A DNA stretch of 39,268 nucleotides, from assembly GCA_000708835.1 (NCBI GenBank), contig DF237679.1, positions 1 through 39,268 on the forward strand, in the 5' to 3' direction. Of this stretch, positions 9,142-22,140 are shown one piece after another. Positions within the stretch are counted from its first letter, which is position 1. Each line of letters starts with the position of its first letter. The translations under genes and the position numbers were made by a program. The notes beneath the pieces were generated by a model, which saw only the letters and a list, made by a program, of their open reading frames with translations, ran no database searches and was not told the DNA's origin. This DNA is from Klebsormidium nitens (Eukaryota > Plantae > Klebsormidiophyceae).

Positions 9142-12100
9142 CTACAGCGACAACAGCTTCTTCCAATGGAGCCACCCCACGATCCCCACCACGCATGCGA
9201 CGCAGGCGGCCAGCGTGCTCCACATAACCCAAGGAAAATAGCGCGGGTCACTGTAGAAGCTGCACTGGACGTTCATGCCAAACACGCCGCCCACAATCAC
9301 GGCTATGCTGGCCGCTACCGTGCCAATCGTGATGAGGATCACCAGCAGCAGCAGCTGGTTCTGGTGGTCGTCCAGCCGGATGTTGATGTAGTCCTCAGTA
9401 TCCTCGATGTACTCCCGCAGCTGCAACATCAGCGCGGTGATGTCAGCTCAGGCGCCTTTTCCTTCCTGGAAATGAGAGGTGGCGCAATCCGATACATCTG
9501 GACCATCAGAAGCACAACCTAGTACAAACGGGACCCTAACGACGCGGCAGCCTTCCGCAGCACAGGCGCGGGTGCACATTGCGATTAGTCAGCACGACTA
9601 GCCAGGGGCAGCAGAAGCAAGACGACGCCCCTTTTCCCACCAGCTTCAAAGTACATTTTACCCTGTACCTTGGCGAGCTGTTTTCGATAAACGGCAACTG
9701 CGCCTGTCACGGTCGGTGGCTGCATCCAAATGCAGATTTCAGAGCCCTTTGCCATCCCCCGAACACCAGGCTAGCCATGCAAACCTCCTCCGGCGCGTGC
9801 TTGCAACTCACGGCGGAGAGCTTGTTGAGCGTGCCCTCGATCTGCGCGAAGTAGGCCTCCAGCAGCATCTCCAGCTCCTCCACGTCCTCGCCCTTGCCGC
9901 TCTTGCGCGTGCTCTTGCTGCTGCGGCTGCTGCGCGACACGCTGCTGCGGCTCGCGCGACTGCGGCTCCCGCTGCGGCTGCGGCTGCGGCTGCGGCCGCG
10001 CCGGAGGCTGCGCGCGCTGTGGCTGCTCAAGTGGCGCAGCAGGGGGCTCACCTGCCAGGCAAAGCGGGAGGGCAGATTGAGGAACTTTGATGATAGTAAC
10101 GATCCGTATTGTGTGAGGCCTGAGAGGAACCATCGTAAGACACACTACAGCCCGCAGTACCGTACCACAACGCACCTCGTCGTTTTCACGAACCCTATCC
10201 GTTCTCATGTACTGCTGCTCAGAATTGGTTTGAGGAGGGATGCACGAGGTGAGAACAAACGGTCTGCGAACATATCCTGGACCACCATGAGAACTAGCAA
10301 GAAGCAATCACCATTAGTGCTTCTCGGAAAGCACGTCCCCCAGTGTCTCTCAGAAGCTCCTTTTGTAGAAGAAAAGAGCACACCCGGAGGCTTGTCACAA
10401 AAAAAGATGCATCGATTCGGCATAAGCGGTGCGCGATGATATTGACCACTGGCAATGAACGGGTCTAAAGTGCCCAAACCTCCAGCGAAAACAGAAACCA
10501 ATCTCCATCGGTTTCTGCCTCTTCCGTGCCCCCAGAATAGGCACGACCTACGCAATTCCGACAAGTGCCACCTCTCACCTGATCATCTGCTTCGGTATGG
10601 CCCCCATCATGGCCCGCCGCACCCTCCGGCACACTGGGTCCCGCGCCTCTCTCTTGGCCCCCCTCTTGGGCCCCGCCCTTTTGCCCCCCAGGAATAGCTT
10701 CGTCCAGTTCCCCCCGTTGATTGAAGGTCAGCTCACGCATCAACCGCGGCCCCTCAGACGAGAATCCAACGTCGAGAATGTCTGGATGAACGGGGCCCAA
10801 TCGGGGGGTCGACCCTTCCGTAGGGGGGCGCTCAGATGGGCCGGGGTCCAGTGAGTTGAGGGGGGGGAGCGCGGGAGCGGAGCTGCTGGGGGGCGTTGGG
10901 TCCTCGGGGATCGCACTAGTGCTCGGTTGATGGGAGCCGAAGTTGCGGGGGGAAAGGTGTGGGGAGCTGCCGGCCATCACAGAGCTGGAGTGAAAAGCAG
11001 CATGTTCAATAACGGCAGAGACCATCAGAAGCGGGTTCTGAGACAGGGAACTGGTTAATATAGTAACGGTGAGCGGACAAACAACCTGAAGCATACAAAG
11101 ACACTCTCATATTGCCGGCACAGCAGCCACTCTCATATTGCCTGCACAGCAGGAGCGCCGAACGAAAAGGAAGAGCTTCGAAGGACGTCGGGGACTGCGC
11201 GACATGTTAGCCTGCAAGCGCTGCTGAAGTCCCCAATCGTTTTAGAGAAGCTGACAAAGAGACGCAAACAAAATCCGAGGGGGAACGGAAGAACTGACCC
11301 GAAGCCTCCACCAGCGGTGAGCGAGGACTGGGGCGAAGTTGGCTCCAGGGCTTCCATGAGCTTGTCAGTGAGGTACATTTCAAGCATATCGCCATCGTCG
11401 TCAAGCAGCCCCTCCAGCTCATCACGCACCTGCGAAGAAGGTCCGATCTTTCAGATACTCGCCGCTCGCACTAAAGGGCTTCGTTTCCGAAACTTTTATC
11501 CCAAAGCGGAACCATGTAGCCACCACAGAGGCCGAGCAGGTGACGAAGCTTGAAATCCACAAATTGCTGTGGGAGTTTCCTGTCAAAACTGGCGAAATGA
11601 GCAGTTCCACTCAAGGGGACGGTAAAACGATCGAAATCCATCCGTTAAAAGAGCCAGCAGCTTGATGCTTAAACCAAGACCTACACGAGTCTCTGATACT
11701 CATAGCCGTCTGACTTTCCTACAAACTTTCTTACAGCATCTTTCCTGCACCCACCTTTTGCACACGCACGCTGAGCCCCACGAGCCTGCTCTTGTAGCGC
11801 CGCACCCGCTCCAGATTCGCGCTGATGATCTTCACCGTCAGGTCATCAAGCGCAGGGTAAGCCTCTCGCTCTAGTTCCGCACTCTTCACATCCAGGTGCC
11901 CGCACACCGTCTCCAAAATCACCTCCAATGCCCGGAACTCAAACGGCAGCACCACCGGCGCAGTCATCCCCTGTCCCACGAACGTACCCCCACCGCCCCC
12001 ATCGCCTCCGTCCAGAAACAGCACCTGGCTGGTGCTGACTACTGGTGATGCGTGCCGCCCGTCGCTGTCAGGGCTGGGGAGACGCTGGTACGACTTCTTG

Positions 12101-13876
12101 CGCCCAAACATGCGGTCCCGAATGGCAGTGAATGGGGCCCAGACTGAAGCCTCCTTCTGGGGGGGTGTAGGGCGCTGCGCGCTGCGCGGCCGCTGTGGGG
12201 CGGGGCTGGCGCCTCGCGATCGAGCCGGGGGGCTTGCTCTTGGCAGGGGGGAGAGACTCCGCACCCGCTCGCGGTTGGCCTGCCTCTCGGGGCTGCCCTT
12301 GAGAAGGGGATCCCTCGCCGAGCGCCGGACGGGGCTCCAGCTGCGCCCCCGCAGGCTGTTCTCGCGCATCAGGTCGTGCCATCGCTGCTCCCTGCCGGGG
12401 GGTGCCTGCGCCCTCGGCGGCGACTTCGGCCGCTCCTTGGAAGCTCCACGCCCCAAAGGACTTTTCCCTCGGGCCCCCGGGCTGTCTTGCCGGCCAACCG
12501 CTGCCTGCGCCACTGCCTTTCTGCCGCTGCTCGGGAGAGGGCCCCGGGCAGTCAAACCGGGAGCTAATAGCAAGCTGTCAGCTTGCAAGGATTCCGTGGG
12601 GTGCTCGGAAAGGTTAGCGTTGGCAATTACTGGTGAGCCAGCAGGGTTAGGAGACATTGAGGGGGGCGGGCTGGAACGGGCGTAGTCGAGGGCAAGATGG
12701 TCCCGCAGGGAGGCAAGGCGGCGCTGCAGCTCCGCGACGAATAGCTGCACGTGCGGGTTCTGGTAGTTCTGAAGGAGGACCTGCAGACCAAAGCAGACTG
12801 ATCTCCATATGGTGGACTTAGCGGAGGCGCCGGTCAGAGTGCAGTCTTGGATCCAAAGCAGCAGCGTCATCCGTAGCATCTCTACAGGAAACAGCAACCG
12901 ATGACTCTGCTGCATGGCCATCTTTAAAGCGTATTTTAGTCTTTAAAGATGGCCATACAGCAGAGTCATCGGTTGCTGTTTCCTGTTGAGCATGTTGTCT
13001 TAAGGAAGTGCACGTCACTGTGTCCCCAGTCCCAGTATTGGTATGATTGAAAGCTCAAGAACCCCTCACATGCTCTCTTCCTCACGCAACTGAATAGTCC
13101 ACACCTGCCCTGGGTTCAGCAGCATAAAGCCTATTAAAGGGTTTCAACAAGCAATGCCCAGCATTCACCTCCTCAGCCGTGACGATGGCCTTGATGTGCT
13201 CAAGATTGATGACGATGGCCTTCTCTCGCCCCAGAATGGTGGACGGGTACACGAGCACAGGGTCCAAAATGCGCAGGTCGCGCGCGGGGATGGCACACCG
13301 CCGCATGATTGCATACTAAAGAACAAACGGACCAGGAACGGTTAGGATTGAGGAGTGTACTTCGGCTCTCTTGTGGCTCCACTGAAAAGAAGACAATTCC
13401 GCTGAACTTTTAGATTCGCTCATTGGGAGCTGCGAATTTTTCTAAGGACATTTGATCCAAACGGATTGCAATCCAAGAATGCTGTAACGTCATCAACCAC
13501 CAAGCACGTTCCTAGACCTCATTCAGACCAACTCTCTCTGCAACCAATGGCTGTTAGTCTAATCCCCAACCCTTCCCTACCAGAAAGGCGCTCTTCAATC
13601 TTTGCAAGCAGAGCTTACTTTGTCCGCCTCGATGATCTGTGTGGCCCCCGTGGGATCAATCCGCAGCCATGACCGCATGCCCAGCCCCCTAGGCTTGGCT
13701 GCTGCATCCCCTCCTCTTGCTGGGGAGGTTGCCCGTCCCCTCACTCTGTTTGGCGTGCCTGGGCGGCTGGAAGAGGACGGTCGTTCCTCAGCTTTCAGTC
13801 GCCTCCCCAGAGGACTGGGAGACGGCTGCCGAGCTACAGCAGCGTCTCCTCGTTTGGCAGAGCCTGGCTTATGCAT
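9142..13876 (-). CDS. MRS2: MRS2/CorA-family magnesium transporter; exons 13876-13619, 13315-13169, 12780-11755, 11429-11299, 10984-10579, 10051-9812, 9420-9142
   Basis: [68 protein letters not shown], then TM-GMN-TM; all GT-AG junctions phase-consistent. Confidence 0.93.
12884..12986 (-). repeat. 46-bp inverted repeat with 11-nt loop in MRS2 intron 2
   Basis: Arms 12884-12929 and 12941-12986; single mismatch 12913/12957. Confidence 0.92.
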
Positions 13877-14351
13877 GGCGGGAGAAAGAACAAGGAGAAA
13901 AAAAGCTCCGAGACAGTCCTCAGCTCTTGCTTGTTGTTGCAGTCCCCAGGTCAACCATCAGAAGGGGTTGGTATCTCAAAGTATGGACCAAATTGTATGG
14001 CGGCTGGCCGCCCTTGGATAGAAAAGCGACTGGCGAGAGCGAGAGCCACTGGTTTCACTGAAACCCTAGTCCAGATGCCAATGGCGCCCTGTTTAGGGTT
14101 TCATAGTCCTCACTTTCGCTCTGCCTGGAAGCTGAACTTTCGCGGTTCTGTTTGCTGAACTTTGTTCCCCATTCTGTATTCAGCAGACCCTTACAATCAT
14201 TGCACAGTGCCACCCCTTCTTGTCCGATGCGATCGGCTCTTTGGTCCATTGACAGGGAGCAGCAATGGCATCTACCTCAACGCCAGTGGCTGCGTAATCT
14301 GACTGTTCGCAGCCGTTCCAACGTGATCAGATGGCCGGAGCTTGGTAGTCC
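13877..14351. promoter_or_regulatory. Probable bidirectional promoter between divergent MRS2 and guanylate kinase
   Basis: Start codons point away from each other about 475 bp apart; inferred from position only. Confidence 0.5.
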
Positions 14352-17300
14352 ATGTTGGCAGCAGCACGGCGGTCCCTGAGCACATCGCTGCGGCGCAGAA
14401 TGGCAGCTGTCTTAGAAAAACCTGCGGTGCCCGCGGAGAACGGTCTGCACAAGGTGAGGTTTATTCCTTTTCAAGACTGCAGCAAGTCTTCTCTTGGTAT
14501 TGAGTTGGTCATGCCTACTTCCTGTGATGCCTTCCTTCAAAGCGCGGGTTGCAAGTGGAGCGGTGAGACAGCAGGCGCATATGAACCATGTGCATATGCT
14601 TATCTGTCACATCACGTCCTGATCTCAGAAGCAATGCACTAAGCATAAATCACTTTTCTCTCGACCAGGTCTCAACAGGACAAGAAATGGATGGTCCTCA
14701 GACTTCAAGCGGTGCTGGATCACTGCCTGCGTGCTTTGACCATGCCCTGGCATCCATCAGACACCCGCTGGGGAGCAATCAGCAGGTAATGCAGAGCGAA
14801 ACCTTCAGCAGTATTAAGCTTAGAAGCAAAGCAATGCTTTGATCAATATGAAAAGTTGGATGCTCTCGCTTGACATCTACTCTGAAGCAATGTTTTGGAA
14901 AGCTTGAAGGCTGATTGGTGTCGAATATCTTGTACGATCTTGTATTCACCTCAGATCTAACATGGCAAGTCGCCTGCAGGTGTATGCGATTGGAGGCCTT
15001 GGCGAGCCTGCTGAGAGCCCTTCCCTGGATGTGCACTTGCTGGACTCAGAGAATCAGAGCTGGGAAGCTGTTGCCACAACTAGCATGTCATCCAAAACAA
15101 TGCCAACGAATCCAGCTTCTCGAGGCTGTCAAGCAACAGCAGGTGAGGAACCATAGGGAGAGGACAGATGCTGGAATTGACTCTCTGCTCATCATACATT
15201 TGAGCTTGCTTTCTTTTGTCACTGTTCCTCAAGCCACAACACTGGACTTTGCACAGCTTACCTTGAGATCCAACCAAAAGCTTGCGGAGAGCTGATTGAT
15301 GATGCATTCTGCTGCCTGCAGTTGTTGGCAACAGCATCTATTTGATCGGAGGATACGGAGGCGGCAAGACTCTGGATGAGGTCCTTGAGCTGGACACTGC
15401 CACCAAGCAGTGGAGGCAGGTGGAAGCCACTGGCACGGGCCCAGGGGCAGTCTCTGGGGCCACAGCCACAGCAGTGGGGGACAAAATCTATGTTTTTGGA
15501 GGTGCCGGCAGCGACCACAACCCAAGGAACTCTGTGCATATTCTGGACACGATAGAGCACACGTGGTGAGTCTCTGCAGATCATGCCAGTCTTACTGCTT
15601 CGACTAAGTCTGGTTGATCGAAGATCAGTTTGATTAAAAAGTGCAGGCAAGGTGCTTCTTTGGTCACTGCACTGGCTCGCTGTGTTTCCCCTTAACATCG
15701 AAGCTCAGGTGATGTCATGGATCTTCGATGGACTTTCTAACTGATCTCCCCCTCAAAGTCATTGTTTGTCCACTCTTCCAGGCTCACACCCCACATATTG
15801 GGGGATCCCCCTCCAGCACGCTGCGCGCACTCAGCCACTCTGGTAGGGCCAGCCCCCTCAAAAGCAGAGCTAGACCCTGACACTACGCCCCTGGCTGGCG
15901 ATCGGATCCTGATGTTGGGGGGGTATGGAGCCAAGCCTCTAGGGGACGCCTGGTTCTTGGAAGTGGCCACTCCCTATGTCAAGGAGCAGATGCAACAGCG
16001 GGGAGAGGCTGTTGTGGCTTGGAGTCCGGTGGCAGCAGGCACATCTGTGCAGGTGAGAATCTGGGGGCAACATCGCTGTTGAGTAGGACGCAGGAGGTGC
16101 TTCCTGAAGGGTCACTGGAAGCTCCTGTGGATCAATCTTGCCAATTTGCTCCCCGTAAAGCTTCAGGTGAATTGACAGGGTTTGTAATAGAGACCTGGGC
16201 CCCAAATTCTGGGCAACATCTGGAAGAGGAGCCGATATCCAAGCCAGCAGGATGCTTCTCTCGGCAGCTGCGTGCTAGGATTGCAAACCGAGTCCAACTT
16301 CTTGTTGGTGGATCAGACTCCTGAGCGGCGCCCGGTGGTGATCTGCGGTCCTTCCGGGGTGGGCAAGGGCACACTCATCAACAAGTTGATGGCCGAGTTC
16401 CCAGGGCAGCTTGGGTTTTCCGTGAGCCACACGACGAGGAAGCCGCGGAAAGGAGAGGAGAACGGAAAGCATTACCACTTCACAGAGTGAGCAGCTGAAA
16501 GCAGACACTTGTCGCGCCAGGATTTGAAGGATATCTGTTGGAAGCTCTCATACACCGCATGTCAGTTGGAGATGTGAGAGAAAAGGGATGCACTGTCTTT
16601 ATCGTCTTTAATTTTTTTTTGGAGACCTTGCCTGCTGACAGGTTGGAACTCACTCAGGCTGGGACTGACTAGCTCCCAGATGTTGCAAGAGCGGTTCGTC
16701 TGTTTGACTCGAAACTCTCTGAATTGCGACCTCGCTATTCGAGATGCATCTTTCTCTGGACAAATTAGATTCACTTGTTTCTTTCAAGGAGCTCAAAGGG
16801 CGGCTCGAACGTGAAGACAAGTGCCCTGTTTTGAATACCAGCTTCCCTTCTGTGCCTCATATCGGCGCCAACGAAGAAGTGAAAGGTTCGTTTCTCAAGT
16901 CCGTACGTCTTTTCGCTCTTGCAGAAAGGCAGACTTTGAGCGGGAGATTGCGGCTGGCAAGTTTCTAGAGTACGCGCACGTGCACGACAACATCTACGGT
17001 ACGAGCATTGCAGCCGTGGAGGCGGTCGGGGCTGCGGGGCGCACCTGCATCCTGGACATTGACGTGCAGGGGGCGCAGCTGGTCAAGAACAGCACGCTGG
17101 AGGCGCTCTTCGTATTCATTTTGCCGCCGTCCGAAGAAGAACTTGAGAAGCGGTTGCGTGGCAGGTGGGGCCTCAAGCAACTGTCAGATGTGTGCAGGAG
17201 AGTGTGAGGGGTTCAGGCATAACCAAGTGGGACATGCTCACGGCTGCTTGTAGGAGCATGTTAGCCTCCTTCTCTTTATTTGCTGGGCGTTTGCCTCGAC

Positions 17301-18972
17301 AAAGCTGGCTTTTCCTACCAGAGACTTTCTGGGAGCGAGTTCCGAGTTTTCTACTGCGTTGATAGCACAGCAAATACGCTTTCACTTCGCAAGGAGATTC
17401 TACCTTCTGGCCCAGTTCGATCAAAGCGCAAAATGCTGAGCAGAACAGGTAACGTCTTGGTAAGAACTGGCAAGCACCATTCCGTCCTTGTCCAGCAGAG
17501 GACGTTTTAGCTGTGGAGAATTTTGAAGGAGCGAACCTTTGAGTACATTGCGAAAGGGAGTCTAATAACCCGTCGTGTCTCCTCTTTTCAAATGGAGGAC
17601 ACACCGGCCCGCCAGAGATAGGTCGTGGGTACCTTTCGTCGAGCGTACATTGAGTCTCAAAATCTTCTGATGAGGATCCTGAAGCCCATGCTCTGGCTGA
17701 CGTCAGCTGTGACGTTCTTTCAGGGGCTCGGAGGACGAGGAGCAGGTGCAGAAGCGGCTGCGCGCGGCGCGGGGGGAGATGGCGCGCGCCTCAGACGCGT
17801 CGCTCTTCAACCACACGCTTGTGAACGACGACCTCGACAAGTGCTACGCGAGCCTCAAGCAGCTGCTCGGGCTTGCACCGGGAGAGGCAACTGCGGAAGG
17901 GCTGCCAGGTGAGCACAGATGCAACGAGTTTTTGCATTTCCGCTTCTTCCCCATAATGACCCACTAGAAGAATCTGCTTTGCGTTCTTTTGACTGAGCCA
18001 GTCGATAGGGCCAAGAGCGAACAATGGTCCAGGATGTGACTTTGCGAGCCCCCTACGACAGGTCAACAGGGAAACTGAATGCGATCGATGCCCCAAATCT
18101 CATGCCTGACCAAACCCGTTAACGAGGGAACCCATTGTACATTCGGTCTCGAGATTCAGAATCCGAACGAAGTAAACAGCTTTTGAGGTGGAGCTTGCCG
18201 CTTCTTGCCTGCATGAAATTCGAACGGGGCCGAAGAACATGTCAAAGTATGTATACTCATCCTGCAAAGTAGGCGTTGGATCACCTCCCAGCTTTCGGTG
18301 TCTGGAAATGACCACTACGTGACTGCACAAGGATTAACAAGGGTCGACCAACTGTGTCAAGCAGGCTGTCACTGTTGCTCAGACTTGACTCTTCTGCATA
18401 CCATTAAAGCCTTTAATCGATCAAATGGTTAAAAAAGGCATCTGGCTTCTCTGGACAATCCGCCTATCCGACTGCGCCTTCGTCACGCGAAGGCGTGGAG
18501 CACTACTGACTTCATTGACTTTCCGCCTTCGGCCGTAACTGCAGATTAAGACCTCTATTAATAAGAGACTCTCGCGGGTTTGTGAGCCAGCTCTCTCACC
18601 GGCCTCCTCTCTTCCGTTGCAGGGCCGTGCTCTGGCCACACCTCTACGGCAATGGGCGACCGGGTGCTGGTGTACGGGGGTGTTGCGGACGGGCCTGCAC
18701 CTCTCTCGGACGTCCACCTGCTTGATGTTTCCAACCTCACCGGAGGCGCGCCGGAAGCGACGACAGGCTTGCGGGGCAGAAAACTGTCGAGAGCGGACTT
18801 CAATTTCGACCGGGCGTTTGTACCGGAGGCACGTTACAATCACAAGGCTGTGGCGTTGTCAAAATTTGAAGTGCTACTTGTCGGAGGATACGATGGGGCG
18901 AATGCGTTGGGGAACACGGCGGTTTTGCGTCTGGCAGAGGTGGAAAGATCATGGCAGGGCTGCCTTTCTTAA
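14352..18972 (+). CDS. Kelch-repeat guanylate kinase; exons 14352-14453, 14669-14785, 14980-15142, 15322-15565, 15782-16052, 16317-16486, 16925-17164, 17724-17908, 18623-18972
   Basis: P-loop [50 protein letters not shown]; Kelch GG motifs (VYAIGG, IYLIGG, IYVFGG, ILMLGG before; VLVYGG, VLLVGG after); junction phases consistent. Confidence 0.9.
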
Positions 18973-21900
18973 GGCTGCCATCGGAGTTGTGGCCATGCTG
19001 ACAACTGTACCTTATTGAAGGGATGCATATCTTAATGCTTCATTGTTAGTTACCAAGCTACCCGGGCGGAGGTGAGCCTACTTTTGCAGGCACGGAGCCT
19101 TTCGAGGCCCGAAGATGAGTCTGTAGTATTATGGGATATGAAACATGACCTGCTTGTTGTCAGGGAAACAGTATGGAACGATACGTTACGTGGCAGGTAT
19201 CAACAAATTTGCGGAGAATTGGCTTCGGGTTTAGTGGACCCGTGATCGAAGGGTTCAAATGCTAGCTGCGCCGGCAATATGACGCATCATGGATAATATT
19301 CTACTTCGCTTCCTGGAATCTTGAATGTGACGCACGATGTTGGAAGCACGCACGGAAGCTAGTCACGCCCGTTAAGGCCATTGTCGGGTTGCAGGCGGAC
19401 TCTTTGTTTTGCAAAGAAGAACGTGGCGTGACTTGCGACAGTCAACTCGTCGAACGAACCGGCTTGCGAAGTATGAGCTGAAAGGTCATCTCCAGTGCAC
19501 CATATACCCGTAAGACCTCTTGCCATCGACGTCGCTCTCAATCATTGCATGATTCATAAGAATCTTAAGTGACATTTCAGCCGACGCCAATTCGAAGTCA
19601 GGTATTCACGACCTCGAGGCCCAACTAATTAGAAGGAAATTCTCGCGCATATACCACGAGCATCATCGTGATGAGTACTTGGCGCCAAATCCATATACAG
19701 GCCTACGTTATGCACATGCAGGAAATTAATTTTGTGAAGATGCGTGGCTGCAATGTCTTTGCCATGCATGCTGGCCAGAGGCGCATGTATAAAGATGTAC
19801 GTGCCACGATTAAGATTCTTGAACCGAAAGACTCGACGCATGACCGTTAGAAAACACTTCGTTGAATACGCGACTACAGGTGTCCAATTTTGACGGGGTT
19901 TTGAACTCTATCCAGTTTCAGTTGCCACAGACTGCTTTCGGCTGCTTAAAAATCTGCATAATCAATTTCCGGGAGCGGTTTCACAACGAGACGCGCTTCG
20001 ACTTGAAGAAGTTCCAATCATTGAATCTATGTACCTCTTACGATCGAAAACGCTAACAGTATGAAATATCAATCCTACAGCCAAAGTCGTTTGAACGGTC
20101 TCCTTGCCGCCGCCAAACGCGGCTCCGTTCATAACGTAACGGACAGATCTGATCCTGAACTTACCTCCGGTCCTACAGAAATCTCGGAGAGCTGCCAAAG
20201 TTCTGCCAGGCTTGTGACGTGTACCGCTCGACGTACGCCGTCCCCGCCGCCAGCTGCAACCGGCACTGCGCCGCTACGGAGGCCCCGCACTGCACGCACC
20301 CGCGACTGGCAGGACGCGGGGCCACTTTCGGAACCGAAGGGGACCCCGGTGTGAACGGGCTCGGTTGTTTCCGAACGTGCTAGCGCCTCCCTCTTGTCGG
20401 ACGGTGCGACACGCCCCGCTTACCAGACGGTGTGAACGCGGCCCTTTACGCCGTTTTCTTCTTTTCCGTTCTATCTTCGCCTTCGACTCTCCATTCAGTT
20501 ATTTCTTCGCCCTCTCGTCCTTCTCTCTCTCCGCGTTCTCGTTGTTTCCTTTCTCTCGCTGCCCTCTTGTCGCAGATCCGTACTCATTCATTTTCTCCAC
20601 GTGAATTCGTTCTTACTTCTTCTTCTTCTAGTCAGTCCGTCCTCTCTCCGCTTTTTCGTAAATCCGTTCTCTTTCCGTCTCTCCGTTCCCGTCTCCTCGA
20701 AGTTCTGACAGCCCCTGCGATCCCCACTGCTTCCCACATCCTCCCTGTGAAGCTAGGCAGTTCGAATACTTTGCCCTTTTTGATCTCGTCCCGTGCAAAG
20801 ATGACTTCCGTCATAGGCAGCTCAACGGAAGGTACAGAGTTCCGCTTGCCCTTCTATCGTCTACGAGTTCAGCGCCGCTGTCTAGCTGAGAGATCTGGCT
20901 GACGTAGACAACCACCTCAGCAGCTCTCAACTTTCTCGCCCAGCTCGTCGCTTTCCAATCTGAGGAAGCGGAGAAGTCTCCGCAACACACTTTCTGAGCG
21001 CAGACCCGGCTTTCAACGGCACGTTTGAACAGCTTCCCTTGCCACGACTGTGCTCGCCGTCTGAGTGTGCGCTGTAGACTGAACGATTCCGCGCTGCAGT
21101 TTCGCTGCTCTGAAGTGGGATTCCGTGCGCCTCAGTGTCTAAGCCAAGGCCCCGTCACCCCGTCACCTTGTCTAACGTCACCTTCCCTTTCGCCGATGAT
21201 TTTCGGCACCAATATTTAGCCTTAACGTCACCGTAAGATAGTGCCAGGTTCAGCTCGGGCACAAATCAGAGTATCTGCTCTTTGCTCAGTCGGCGGACCT
21301 CATAACTGCAGCACAGGGTACTTTACATCAACCTTCAATCTCAAACACGTCTGTTGCTGGGATTGACCGATAATGTCACCCCTGAGACTTCACAGGATGA
21401 CGAGTAAGAACTGTCATGGAAGGCCTTCCGTGGGTTCATTCAAGTGAGAATTTTGAAGAGGTATGCAATCCACCTTTGCATTTACCTCACGCTCGTTATA
21501 CGCCGCGGGATATCTCGGCCGCGTTAAGCTCTGGGCGACCGCAAAAGCACAATTTGAGGATCTCGGATGACTATAAGTTCGCTCTTGCAGGCAAGCCCGT
21601 TCGAATTACAAAGTTTTTTACATTCCGTGGATTGGGTTTCAGACGTCTCATACATGGGCTTTTAGTCCGAACGACCAGAATTCGCTGCGGCGCATGCTGT
21701 GTTGTGACCAAGTCAGAAGCCGTTGCACGTTCAGCAAAAATTTGAGAAGGCCTGAGGTGCATACATTTACTATCCCTACACAAGCACATAACGCCCGAGA
21801 AAGCGACCATCGTGAATCAATATCCTATTCGTACCTCGAATATCAGGAGAAACGAAGATGTTCACACAATCAGATTGCGAGATAGTACATAGTTTCTACT

Positions 21901-22140
21901 TGAAGAGTGTCTTGTTTTCAAACAAAGCCCTAGAGTACACGCACACCGACCGAAGCAGACTTCTTCAGTGACTCGTTATCCTGAACGAACCTACATGTAC
22001 TGAATGAGGATCTGGTTGACGCGTCTTATTGAACGGCTGAACGCTTACGAAAGGTCCACCCCTTCTCAGGGGTTGAATTTCTGACGCCAACTTCTGATCA
22101 ATTAGCAAAATGTTTGAGCAAAGTCCAAAGCTCAAAGCTA

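Noticed and set aside
21416-21885. Possible exons of an unknown gene
   Set aside because: Splice-like signals exist, but no frame gives a recognisable protein or a consistent model.
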